Part shown: positions 9,229-18,494 of the stretch, piece after piece
How positions within the stretch are numbered: the stretch's first letter is position 1
Layout: each line of letters begins with the position of its first letter
Assembly: GCA_035530895.1 (NCBI GenBank)
Contig: DATKTW010000134.1
Coordinates: 1 to 62,300, forward strand
Length of the DNA stretch: 62,300 nucleotides
Source of the DNA: Candidatus Nanopelagicaceae bacterium
Lineage (GTDB): Archaea; Asgardarchaeota; Lokiarchaeia; Sigyniarchaeales; SOKP01
Reading direction: 5' to 3'
Notes under the pieces: model-generated
The model's database searches: none
The model's input: the letters and a program-made list of their open reading frames with translations, nothing else
Told to the model about the DNA's origin: nothing
Made by a program: the position numbers and the translations under genes

Positions 9229-11007
9229 TTGGAAACCAGAACCACAGAACAGAAGAAGGCTATTCTAAATAAACTAATAAATTCAGGGATAAATATATCT
9301 CCTACAATGCTAGAAAATATTCTAACTATGAATAATCCGTTGAAAAACTTAAATCTCCTTATTAAGGAAACTAGTTTTATTCCTTCTTTTAAGAGTCACT
9401 TAACGGAAACTGTTGTAAAAGACATTTCAGACGAAAAACTTCAAAGAATGCTGAAACGCACCATATCTAAAACCAATTCTCTGCAATTACATGAAGAAAC
9501 TGAAAACCCCCCCGAATATTCCAATCCTCCACAAGAAGCAGTTAAGAGCTCTTTAATAGATAAAAATCTTCCATCAGAAATTTTACCCCTTTTTGAAAAA
9601 TCTAAAACAGAATACGAAAGCCAAGAAACTTTTAATACAGATCTCTTGCCCAAGCAAATTACCAAAATAGAAAGCACAAAAAGAACTCCAAGATTCGAAT
9701 CCACCAAATCTATTTTTACCTTTAAACCTATTGCTAAAGAATACAAATCTAACTACGAAGTTATTCAAGATCCTTCAAGTAAATTATTTACTACCGGAAA
9801 TTACGATGATTTTTATGAATTAACGCTTGACAAATATAATAAGCTAAAAAAACTCATCAGAAAAAGACCGGAAGTAAGTTCGGCTACTAACATCAATAAT
9901 ATATTTAGGATATCTAATAGCATTGAAATATCAACATTAGGTTTAGTAGATGCTATTCATCAAACAAAAAAAGGGAATTTTCTTTTTACTTTAGAGGATT
10001 TAACTGGTAAGATTAGCGTATTGATTCAAAATAATTCGGAAAACCTAGATTCCGTCAAAATTATAGAAAGAACTCTTAACGATCAGATGTTGTTCGTTAA
10101 GGGTTTGTATAATCCTGGTGAACATGGGAGAAAAGGAATAATTTTTGCCTCCTACATCTCAAAAATAGATATTCCGACAAATTTTCAACCTAATTTATCA
10201 CCAGATCCTCTCTCTATCGCTTTAATTTCTGATATTCATATTGGAAGCAAAGAGTTTGAAGAAGCCTTATTTGCTAGATTTATTAGTTTTTTAAACGGAA
10301 AAAGTAAAAATAAACTCCTAAGAGAGAAGGCTGGAAGAATAAAGTACTTAGTCATTAATGGCGATCTAATTGATGGAGTAGGTATATATCCCAACCAACA
10401 AGAAGATCTCGTTATCGCAGATATTTATAAACAATTCAAAAAAGCTTCAGAAATTCTTTTGGAAATTCCGGATTATATCAAAATATTTTTTGTATCTGGA
10501 AATCACGAACCAGTAAGAAACGCAATACCTCGACCCGCAGTACCAAAGAAATATTGCGAAGATTTAGTTAACATGGGAATCAAATGTCTGGGCAACCCTT
10601 CTTTAATAAAAACTCATAATGTCAACACACTTATATATCATGGGGAGAGTATGCACGATTTTAATAGATTAATTCACGATTTAGACATAAATAAACCGAT
10701 CGAAACCATGAAGGAATTTCTAATATGTAGACATCTTGCTCCAACTTTTGGGGAAAAAACGCAAATTGCCCCTGTAAACATAGATCATCTAATAGTAGAA
10801 AAGATTCCTGATATCTTTCATACAGGACACATACATATAAACGGGATTGGAAAATACAGGAATGTAACTCTCGTAAATTCGGGATGTTTTCAAGCTCAAA
10901 CTGACTTTATGAAAAGTTTTGGGATAATACCTACGCCCGGTATAGTACCAGTAATTGAGTTGGATTCTTTAGATTTTTTATCACTCGATTTTAATAAAAT
11001 TAATTAA
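9229..11007 (+). CDS. polB: DNA polymerase II (PolD) small subunit DP1 (calcineurin-like phosphoesterase fold)
   Basis: 592 aa. Metallophosphoesterase motifs (SDIHIGS, INGDLIDG, SGNHEP, GHIH). TTG start preceded by GGGAG. Divergent from the DP2 gene. Confidence 0.85.
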   Translation: METRTTEQKKAILNKLINSGINISPTMLENILTMNNPLKNLNLLIKETSFIPSFKSHLTETVVKDISDEKLQRMLKRTISKTNSLQLHEETENPPEYSNPPQEAVKSSLIDKNLPSEILPLFEKSKTEYESQETFNTDLLPKQITKIESTKRTPRFESTKSIFTFKPIAKEYKSNYEVIQDPSSKLFTTGNYDDFYELTLDKYNKLKKLIRKRPEVSSATNINNIFRISNSIEISTLGLVDAIHQTKKGNFLFTLEDLTGKISVLIQNNSENLDSVKIIERTLNDQMLFVKGLYNPGEHGRKGIIFASYISKIDIPTNFQPNLSPDPLSIALISDIHIGSKEFEEALFARFISFLNGKSKNKLLREKAGRIKYLVINGDLIDGVGIYPNQQEDLVIADIYKQFKKASEILLEIPDYIKIFFVSGNHEPVRNAIPRPAVPKKYCEDLVNMGIKCLGNPSLIKTHNVNTLIYHGESMHDFNRLIHDLDINKPIETMKEFLICRHLAPTFGEKTQIAPVNIDHLIVEKIPDIFHTGHIHINGIGKYRNVTLVNSGCFQAQTDFMKSFGIIPTPGIVPVIELDSLDFLSLDFNKIN

Positions 11008-11041
11008 ATTCTTCTGCTTTTAATTGTATTAGGTGCTTTAA

Positions 11042-11725
11042 TTGAATTTTGCTATTCCACGTGGCAATACCTTGGAGATGGTTTTTCACATTTGGAAAAT
11101 AATAGAGCTTCCAAGTATACAACAAGATGATTTATTGCGCAAAATTTCTTTTGAACTGTTTCTTTTCTCGCCTAAAGAGGCAAAGGAATTCATAAATATG
11201 GCTATTCATAAAGGTTATCTAATACTAGAAGGCGATGTGCGAATAAAATTATCAGAATCCTTAGCTCTCGAGTTAAACAAATGGCATGAAAAGAGAAAAA
11301 CGCACATTTCAGAAAAGATAAAAGATGTAAACGATCTCAAAGAGTTCACTAATGAATCTAAAAATAATGGCATAAATAAATTCAATCTTTTATTAATAGC
11401 TTTACTTGATAAAGGAACTATAAATAGAGCGGTAGCAGAGTCTGATAGCGCATACAAATTTGGATTAATCGATTCTGCTCAAAAAATTATTAAAGCTGAA
11501 GTTCAAGGTTCTCAGAAGATTCCGTATAACATTGATATAAACATAAGTGAAAAAGTGATAAAACATAATTGCCATGATTTTCGGACTAAAAGAGCAGTAA
11601 ATAAAAAATTCTGTAAACATTTAGCGAAATTATTTCTCCTCTTAAAAAGTAAAAACGCGGATTTAGCATCGTACTTTCTTGAGAGTATTACCAAAGATAT
11701 TAATAATTGGAAATTTCTTTCTTAA
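11042..11725 (+). CDS. hypothetical protein with degenerate SWIM-like zinc-finger segment, co-directional with the PolD small subunit gene
   Basis: 227 aa, TTG start. The C-terminal NCHDF...KFCKHLAKLF resembles the SWIM CxC..CxH motif but lacks one Cys. Confidence 0.35.
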   Translation: MNFAIPRGNTLEMVFHIWKIIELPSIQQDDLLRKISFELFLFSPKEAKEFINMAIHKGYLILEGDVRIKLSESLALELNKWHEKRKTHISEKIKDVNDLKEFTNESKNNGINKFNLLLIALLDKGTINRAVAESDSAYKFGLIDSAQKIIKAEVQGSQKIPYNIDINISEKVIKHNCHDFRTKRAVNKKFCKHLAKLFLLLKSKNADLASYFLESITKDINNWKFLS

Positions 11726-13044
11726 ATTAGCTTTTTAAACACCACATTCTTTATCTTAACTTTATCGGTTTGGAGTATTATCGGTTTATAATCCAATAAT
11801 CGATACTCTTTTATTATTTTAATCTGAGACAAAACTCGTTCTATTAGGTTAAAATCGATGTCAAGTTTTACAATTTTCGTTCGACCATAATGACCCATCG
11901 ATTTTGTTATAGCTGTTATTAATCCTGATAACGCTAATTCATTAATATAGTCACTAATCCTTCTGCGCGTCAATTGTTTCACATTTGGAATGAATGCTGC
12001 TAATTCTGAATGAACTTCGTAAATATCGCCCGAAGTAATTATGTGTTCTTTAGTGTTTTTTGACAATAAATAGATGGCCGTTAATGTTAATTTTGATTGA
12101 AGAGGCATCGAAAAGATATATTCAACAATGTGATCTTTATCAATATCTTTTTGAGCTTTTTCTACATGATGTTCCATTATTTTTTTAGTTTGGTTTCGTT
12201 CAGCGATTTCTCCAGCTTTTCTTAACAATTGAAGAGCTTTTCTCGCATCACCATGTTCTTTTGCTGCTAGACCTGCACATAGCTTTATAACTCCATCGTC
12301 AATAACGCCTTCCTGAAAAGCTACTTCTGTTCTTAGTTTAAGAATATCGTAGAGTTGGTTAGCGTCATACGGTTTAAAGACAATCGGTTCTTCTTCCTCT
12401 AGATTAGATGTAACTCTCGCATCGAGGTATTCCATGAATTTTAGTTTATTAGATATCCCGATAACACTCGTTCTACAGTAATCTAAGTTCTCATTTAACC
12501 TCGTTAAGTTATACAAGATTTCATTTCCTCCTTTTTTCTCAATTAGAATATCTATTTCATCTAATACAAGAAAACAGATACTATCTTTGATATGTTGGTC
12601 CAATAAACCTAACAATTTCTTGAGAATTACGTCTTTAGGTAAACCCGTTGATGGGATTTTTTCTTTACCAACTATCGTATTGTAGATATGAGCTAAGATT
12701 CTATAAGGTGTAGATACTACTGTACAATTAATATATACCCACCAGGGAGGTTTGGTGGAGCAATGTTGCGCAAGTTTTTGTGAAATGTACCTTACAGTAG
12801 CCGTTTTACCCGTACCAGTCATCCCATAACACACGAAATTAGGAGGAACATCACCGTTTAACGCACAAGCAGTTATACCCGCTATCTTCTCGATCTCCGA
12901 ATTTCTGTGAGGTAATTCATCAGGAATAAACGAAGGTTCGAGAGCTTCTCGTTTTTTAAAAAGTTTCGGTCCTTTTAAGTAATTCTGGTAAAATTTATCG
13001 ATATTGAATGAATACATTCCTTTTTCATTATGGTTAGTCAACAC
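11722..13044 (-). CDS. cdc6: Orc1/Cdc6 replication initiator (AAA+ plus winged helix)
   Basis: 440 aa. Walker A GMTGTGKT, Walker B LVLDEID, sensor and winged-helix region. GTG start at 13044. Confidence 0.9.
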   Translation of the reverse strand: MLTNHNEKGMYSFNIDKFYQNYLKGPKLFKKREALEPSFIPDELPHRNSEIEKIAGITACALNGDVPPNFVCYGMTGTGKTATVRYISQKLAQHCSTKPPWWVYINCTVVSTPYRILAHIYNTIVGKEKIPSTGLPKDVILKKLLGLLDQHIKDSICFLVLDEIDILIEKKGGNEILYNLTRLNENLDYCRTSVIGISNKLKFMEYLDARVTSNLEEEEPIVFKPYDANQLYDILKLRTEVAFQEGVIDDGVIKLCAGLAAKEHGDARKALQLLRKAGEIAERNQTKKIMEHHVEKAQKDIDKDHIVEYIFSMPLQSKLTLTAIYLLSKNTKEHIITSGDIYEVHSELAAFIPNVKQLTRRRISDYINELALSGLITAITKSMGHYGRTKIVKLDIDFNLIERVLSQIKIIKEYRLLDYKPIILQTDKVKIKNVVFKKLI

Positions 13045-13353
13045 TCATTTCCACCACGTAAAAATTTTCCACGCGAAATAATGCCAATATTTGATATTTC
13101 GATTCCGCGCTATTTAAATTTATTTATTAATCGAAAAAGTAAGAATAATATGTTAAAGCTTTAATATGCTAGTTTCATATCGTTTAATTTGCAGCGATTA
13201 AAGCGATAGTTTATAATAATATTGTCGGAGCTTTAAAAGATAATTATTTAGGAAGCAATATTATTAAGGGTTTAGTATAATTTGTTATATTTACCAAAAT
13301 TTAATTTTAATTAAAAATTATTAAACCTATTCATTTAAATTACTGGAAAATTT
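13045..13353. other. candidate replication origin / divergent promoter region with ORB-like TTTCCA[C/G] motifs
   Basis: 309-bp AT-rich spacer next to cdc6. TTTCCACCACG (13048..13058) and TTTTCCACGCG (13065..13075) run in one orientation, the related ATTCCGCGC sits at 13102..13110, and CTGGAAAATTT (13343..13353) is inverted. The reverse complements read GTGGAAA(T/A), resembling archaeal ORB cores. Confidence 0.35.
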
Positions 13354-14124
13354 ATGTCTAGAAATAATAAGGGAGATATCGACAGAAGAAACGTAAGACT
13401 CGCTATAATATTGACTTTAACGTTTATCAGTTTGCTTTTTTTTAACTTTCTGATTATCTCTATGATCTTTACATGGGCTGATTGGTTAGCAACTTTAATT
13501 TTTAGCGTACTTTTTATTGTCCCAGCATATTTTTCGAACGCAGGAATGGTTATTGTTGGAGGTGGAAAACCATTAGATAAAGGTAAATTTTGGAGCGACG
13601 ACCGTAGAATTTTAGGAGATCATAAAACAGTATCTGGACTTGTCAAGGGACCTTTATACATAGGGATACCCTTAAGTAGTGCATTATTCTTTCTGTTTTT
13701 TATTTTATGGCCCATTATACAACAAATTCCAAACGAAGGTGCTTCTCTTGGAGTTTACAAATTATATTCTGAATTGTTTTATTATCAGTATTATTTCGTT
13801 GGAGGTTCATTTCCAATAGGAATAGTTATTATACTTTTGAGGATTGTCTTTTGTTCCTACGGTGCAGCTTTTGGAGATTTAGCTGGATCTTTTCTGAAAA
13901 GAAGGGTTAATATTAAAAGTGGAGCGCCTTTTTGGATCGTAGATCAATTAGATTTTGTGGTAGGAGCTCTAATTTTTGCTTTAATTCCAGCTATTTTTTT
14001 TCCAGGATTGTACGTGATCCCAGATCTTAACATCGTTATATTTCTTTTCATTTTAACCCCCTCTGTAAGCCTTATATCTAATACAATAGCGTATCTAATT
14101 AATTTAAAAGATGTGCCTTGGTAA
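13354..14124 (+). CDS. carS: CDP-archaeol synthase (CDP-2,3-bis-O-geranylgeranyl-sn-glycerol synthase)
   Basis: 256-aa polytopic membrane protein with the FGDLAGSFLKRR...PFWIVDQLDFVVGA block characteristic of CarS (DUF46). Confidence 0.75.
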   Translation: MSRNNKGDIDRRNVRLAIILTLTFISLLFFNFLIISMIFTWADWLATLIFSVLFIVPAYFSNAGMVIVGGGKPLDKGKFWSDDRRILGDHKTVSGLVKGPLYIGIPLSSALFFLFFILWPIIQQIPNEGASLGVYKLYSELFYYQYYFVGGSFPIGIVIILLRIVFCSYGAAFGDLAGSFLKRRVNIKSGAPFWIVDQLDFVVGALIFALIPAIFFPGLYVIPDLNIVIFLFILTPSVSLISNTIAYLINLKDVPW

Positions 14125-14133
14125 TAAAAATTC

Positions 14134-14649
14134 TTATATTTTAACTACATCACACTTAATTCTAATTTGAAATCCGATGCTATTAACAAAAATAACATAC
14201 CGTTTGAAAATCTCGTTAACTGCTTTTATGTAATTACCGTTACACCCTACAGCAATTCCTCGTTCCTCGTACGTAAGAAAACCTACCATTATATCCGTTT
14301 TTCCAGTATATACATTTCTTTCGATTCTAACTGTATGAATATAAGGATCTGGAAAGAAACCATAAACTAAGTTAACTAGTACTTCTTCTTCCCGTACAAT
14401 CACTATTTTCCTATGCTGAAATTTTTTTCTAAGATATGGTAATTTTGACTTTGCACTAAAATAATTTTCATTTTTTAGGAAAAAAAATACAAATTCGTTT
14501 ACTATAACCACATTTTGAGGAAAAACCTTAGTAATTTCATGAAAAAAGTGAAAAAGTAAAAGTTGTTCATTTGAAAACTTCTTTCTTATCGTTAATCTTT
14601 GATAAAAAAGTACCGTGTCATTAAGTGTAGAATGAATTGTACTCAACAT
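14134..14649 (-). CDS. hypothetical protein (possible KH-like GxxG segment)
   Basis: 171 aa. Only the ERGIAVGCNGNYIKAVNEIF segment hints at a KH-type RNA-binding fold. The N-terminal boundary is uncertain. Confidence 0.3.
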   Translation of the reverse strand: MLSTIHSTLNDTVLFYQRLTIRKKFSNEQLLLFHFFHEITKVFPQNVVIVNEFVFFFLKNENYFSAKSKLPYLRKKFQHRKIVIVREEEVLVNLVYGFFPDPYIHTVRIERNVYTGKTDIMVGFLTYEERGIAVGCNGNYIKAVNEIFKRYVIFVNSIGFQIRIKCDVVKI

Positions 14650-14770
14650 ATAATTAAGATTTTAGACGTATAGTTTTAAACTCCCCGATGCAAATTCAAT
14701 CAAACGTAAAAACTTATTTTTTATTAAACAATTATCTAAAGTAGATTTTTAACTGGTATGAAAAAAAATA

Positions 14771-15208
14771 ATGAAAAAAGCGGGATTTGAGTTTAGAGAT
14801 CATACTGCCGATGTTCAAGTTAGATGTTGGGGCCCTACTTTGCAAGCGGCCTTTTCGCAAGCTGCATATGGTCTAATGACAACGATAACACCAGACCTTA
14901 AGAAAGTATCTCCTAATCTTGAAAAGAAAATAGTAGTTAAAGCTGAAGATAAAGCATCACTATTATTTGATTTTCTCTCTGAATTCCTTTACATCTTTGA
15001 TGTAGATGAGTTAGTTTTTAGTCAGATTCACGTGAATAAAATTGAAAAAACAAACGGTATTTACATCTTGGAAGCGAAACTTAAGGGCGAGAAGTTTAAT
15101 AGAAATAAGCACGATATTGGGATCGAAGTTAAAGCTATTACTTATTCTTTTCTAAATATAGATGAAAGGAAAAATGGTTCGATAATAGACATTGTATTTG
15201 ACATTTAA
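14771..15208 (+). CDS. archease (RtcB activator)
   Basis: 145 aa. N-terminal FEFRDHTADVQVRCWG is the archease signature. Convergent with rtcB. Confidence 0.85.
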   Translation: MKKAGFEFRDHTADVQVRCWGPTLQAAFSQAAYGLMTTITPDLKKVSPNLEKKIVVKAEDKASLLFDFLSEFLYIFDVDELVFSQIHVNKIEKTNGIYILEAKLKGEKFNRNKHDIGIEVKAITYSFLNIDERKNGSIIDIVFDI

Positions 15209-15377
15209 TGAAATATTCAATTATAAGTTATTAAAACCGCTTGATGCGTCTGCTATCATATTGTAAGATTTTAAAAAACACCCAGATCTATTAGAAATTA
15301 ATAGATAAAAAGCTCCAAACAAAAAGCTATAAATCTAATTCTAGTTTTAGTTGAGTTTAGTAGATTTTCATGATTAA

Positions 15378-15399
15378 TCAGCATTACTGAATTTTTTTT
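15378..15399 (+). terminator. small hairpin plus T8 run downstream of the archease gene
   Basis: TCAG-CATTA-CTGA followed by A and T8 (15392..15399). Oligo-T tracts act as archaeal terminators. Confidence 0.35.
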
Positions 15400-15447
15400 A
15401 ACATTAAGGTGATTTTAAGATGCCAGGTTGTGCAGACGCCATTCCAA

Positions 15448-15494
15448 ATGCATAAAACTACAGATTGTAGTTGCATATTTATTTTTTTTTTTTT
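15448..15494 (+). terminator. strong hairpin followed by a T13 run
   Basis: AACTACA-GAT-TGTAGTT (15456..15472) is extended by ATGC/GCAT with an internal bulge, then ATTTA and T13 (15482..15494). Confidence 0.5.
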
Positions 15495-15531
15495 GGAAAA
15501 TTCAAATTAAATAATAGGAAGAAGTAAATAT

Positions 15532-17004
15532 TTAACCTTTTACAACGCCAATTGGAACTAACCTAACAATTTTTTCCACAATGCCGAGATCATGGCTCAC
15601 TTGGACAACTTGATCTATATCTTTATATGCTCCAGGAGCTTCTTCCGCAATCACTTTAGGAGAAGCGGCTCGTATGGTAATTCCTTTATTAAGTAGATCT
15701 TCCTTTATTTTACTACCCCAATATAGCTTTGTTGCCTTAGATCTTGACATCACACGCCCAGATCCATGAGCTGTAGAACCAAAGGAGAGATCCATTGCTT
15801 TTGGTCTTCCTACACATAAATACGAAGCAGATCCCATAGTTCCAGGAATTAAAGCTGGTTGACCTACACTTTTATAATCACTGGGTATATCTGGATGCCC
15901 TGGTGGGAAAGCTCTAGTTGCGCCTTTTCTATGGACGTTTAATTTCATTTTTTTTCCATCAACTTCATGTTCTTCTATCTTTAAGATATTGTGACAAACA
16001 CCATAAATCAATTTGAAATCCAGATCGTCATAACTCCTTTTAAAATGCTCTTGGAAAGATTCTCTTAGCCAATGCGTTATTAATTGGCGATTAGCAAACC
16101 CAAAATTTGCAGCACACGCCATGTTTTTCAAGTATTGCATTGCTTCTGGAGTATCGGCTGGCACACAAGCTAATTCGCGATCTGGTACTTCTATTTTGTA
16201 TTTTCTCATTGCTTGCTCGATATTTCTAAGTGAATCCGTGCACACTTGATGGCCAAGAGCCCGAGAACCAGTATGAACCATGATAGCTATTTGATCTTTA
16301 TCAAAGATTCCGAATTTCTTTGCTACTGGCTTGTTATAAATCTCATCAACCTTTTGTATTTCGAGAAAATGATTACCACTCCCTAAAGAACCGAGTTGTT
16401 TTATTCCTCTTTGCTTTGCTTTTTGAGATACTAATTTTGAATCTGCGTTTTTCAAAAAACCGTTTTCTTCGCAATGCTCTAAATCCTCTTTTAATGCATA
16501 ATCATTATCTAATGCCCAATTTAAGCCGTTATCTAAAACCTCATCTAATTCCGAGGAACTGATAATTAGTTTTCCTTTACTTCCTAATCCGGATGGTATA
16601 TTCCTAAAAATAGTATCTAGTAATTTAGGAATTGAACTTTCAATATCTTTCAGGTGAAGATTTGTTCTTAGAATTCTCACACCACAGTTAATATCGTATC
16701 CTACCCCACCTGGGGAAACCATTCCAGAATAAGCGTCTGTTCCTGCTACGCCCCCAATACAAAACCCATAACCTTGGTGTGCATCAGAAAGAGCGATAGC
16801 GTGCTTTTGTATGCCGGGGAGACAAGCTACATTACAAATTTGATCCAAAGTTCTATCATTTTTAATTTTTTCTAAAATGTACTCGTTAGCATAAATATGG
16901 ACTGGTACTTTCATTTGAAATTTTACGATCTTTCCTTCCACTCGAGCCATTAAAGTTTTTTGAGGGATTTCGTAGATGTTTTCATCTATTTTATTCACGT
17001 TCAT
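15532..17004 (-). CDS. rtcB: RNA-splicing ligase RtcB (3'-phosphate/5'-hydroxyl RNA ligase)
   Basis: 490 aa. Conserved RtcB blocks (GYGFCIGG, GGVGYDINCGVR, GSGNHFLE, HTGSRALGHQV, HGSGR). No intein. Confidence 0.9.
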   Translation of the reverse strand: MNVNKIDENIYEIPQKTLMARVEGKIVKFQMKVPVHIYANEYILEKIKNDRTLDQICNVACLPGIQKHAIALSDAHQGYGFCIGGVAGTDAYSGMVSPGGVGYDINCGVRILRTNLHLKDIESSIPKLLDTIFRNIPSGLGSKGKLIISSSELDEVLDNGLNWALDNDYALKEDLEHCEENGFLKNADSKLVSQKAKQRGIKQLGSLGSGNHFLEIQKVDEIYNKPVAKKFGIFDKDQIAIMVHTGSRALGHQVCTDSLRNIEQAMRKYKIEVPDRELACVPADTPEAMQYLKNMACAANFGFANRQLITHWLRESFQEHFKRSYDDLDFKLIYGVCHNILKIEEHEVDGKKMKLNVHRKGATRAFPPGHPDIPSDYKSVGQPALIPGTMGSASYLCVGRPKAMDLSFGSTAHGSGRVMSRSKATKLYWGSKIKEDLLNKGITIRAASPKVIAEEAPGAYKDIDQVVQVSHDLGIVEKIVRLVPIGVVKG

Positions 17005-17157
17005 ACTAATTAGACTAGTAATATTTTTTTCATAAATTTTATGTTTACCAATTTTAATTGGACAAGCTTATTTAATTTAATAAAAATAGAAAAATAAGCC
17101 AACTCAGATTCAAGAAATTAGAAAGTGTAGGTTAAAGGTAATATGAAAAAACTTATG

Positions 17158-17892
17158 TTATTTTATATCAATAAACTTGAGCAAGCCAAGACCGTCTAAA
17201 TCATCGATCATTACATCAATCTCCGCTTTTGGAACGCCAGCTTCCTCTGCTATATCTGCTACAGTGTGAAAACCATCGGCCAGATGAGCAATCTTATACT
17301 GTTCCTTGTTTAAAAAACCCTGAATGATTACTTGGGTAGGAAGACGTTTTGAAGTCCATGCGGGTTTCTGGTCTTGAACCTTCCGTAAATCTTCCTCCGA
17401 AAGCACCATACCCTTTTTTGTTAGTAGTTTCTGAGATTTTACATAGTCTTTTTCATAGATTTTTAAAATAGGAATCTTTAATGGGATTTCTGCTATATGA
17501 CCGTTTTTTAATATGTCATCCATAACATTTTCAAATCCTTTGAACATCCTAACATCTCCTGACCAATCCTCCATTAGGTTTCCATATCTTTCCAGGAATT
17601 TGTCGATAATATCACTTAACATTTTATGTGTTATTTTAGCATCATCATTCTTGTCAGCAGCTGCTGTGCACAGGATCCCTTCCTTAAAAACAAGAAGGAG
17701 ATAAAATATTTGCATATCAATGATTTTCAATTCACCCGATCCTTTCGAGAACTCCACAGAAAAATCTTTTAATGCTGTTAAAAACCCCGATACTAAATCT
17801 TGATTAAACTCTATCGTTCCATACTTCCTATGGATTAAACAAATGCCCGTAAAATTTGATATTAGGTAAACGTTGTGAAGGATTACAATCAA
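17158..17892 (-). CDS. longin/Roadblock-like N-terminal domain protein with C-terminal winged-helix-like segment
   Basis: 244 aa. The N-terminus (IVILHNVYLISNFTGICLIHRKYG...LVSGFLTALKDFS...LLLVFKEGILCTAAADKNDD) resembles longin/sigma-adaptin-like folds. The C-terminus TVADIAEEAGVPKAEIDVMIDDLDGLGLLKF is wHTH-like. Confidence 0.4.
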   Translation of the reverse strand: MIVILHNVYLISNFTGICLIHRKYGTIEFNQDLVSGFLTALKDFSVEFSKGSGELKIIDMQIFYLLLVFKEGILCTAAADKNDDAKITHKMLSDIIDKFLERYGNLMEDWSGDVRMFKGFENVMDDILKNGHIAEIPLKIPILKIYEKDYVKSQKLLTKKGMVLSEEDLRKVQDQKPAWTSKRLPTQVIIQGFLNKEQYKIAHLADGFHTVADIAEEAGVPKAEIDVMIDDLDGLGLLKFIDIK

Positions 17893-18155
17893 CTCCTTAA
17901 AGCATAATTATATTTTTTTTTATTAATAATATAAGTTCTCCTATTTATAATTTCATTTAAGAAAAAATAGCATTTCCTAGATAAAAAAACATAGAAGAAA
18001 TATTAAAATTTAAATCTGTTTTTTCTCCCTTATGCAAAAATGTTTTATAATGACTATTAACTTAATTCTTTTTGTTTATGAATTGTTTATATCGTAATTA
18101 GATTGAAATTGATTTGTACATTATTAGAATCAGATATCATACCTAAGGGAAAAAG

Positions 18156-18470
18156 ATGGATTATTACATATTTTTCGTCACTGTACCTAATTATGAAGAG
18201 GGTAATAAAATTGCAAACTTATTAATAGAAAATAAATTAGCAGCCTGCGTAAATATCATACCTAATTTAACTTCTATATATTGGTGGGAAGGAAAAATAG
18301 AAAGAAATAACGAGTTACTATTAATAATTAAAACTACTGAAAAAAATTGCGATTTAATAATTCAAAAAATCGGAGAAGTTCATAGTTATTCAAACCCCGA
18401 ATGCGTTGCTTTCAAAATCGAGAAGGGATCTAAGAAATATTTGGATTGGATTGACGAAGTTGTAGATTAA
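18156..18470 (+). CDS. cutA: divalent-cation tolerance protein CutA
   Basis: 104 aa. KLAACVNI...SIYWWEGKIE...LLIIKT is the CutA1 pattern. Confidence 0.8.
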   Translation: MDYYIFFVTVPNYEEGNKIANLLIENKLAACVNIIPNLTSIYWWEGKIERNNELLLIIKTTEKNCDLIIQKIGEVHSYSNPECVAFKIEKGSKKYLDWIDEVVD

Positions 18471-18494
18471 TATAAGTAGTGCATTGTAAATATT

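Noticed and set aside
9441-11694. Minus-strand ORFs 9441..9746, 9583..9768, 11215..11457 and 11512..11694.
   Set aside because: They overlap the PolD small-subunit and SWIM-like genes on the opposite strand, and their composition is consistent with chance ORFs.
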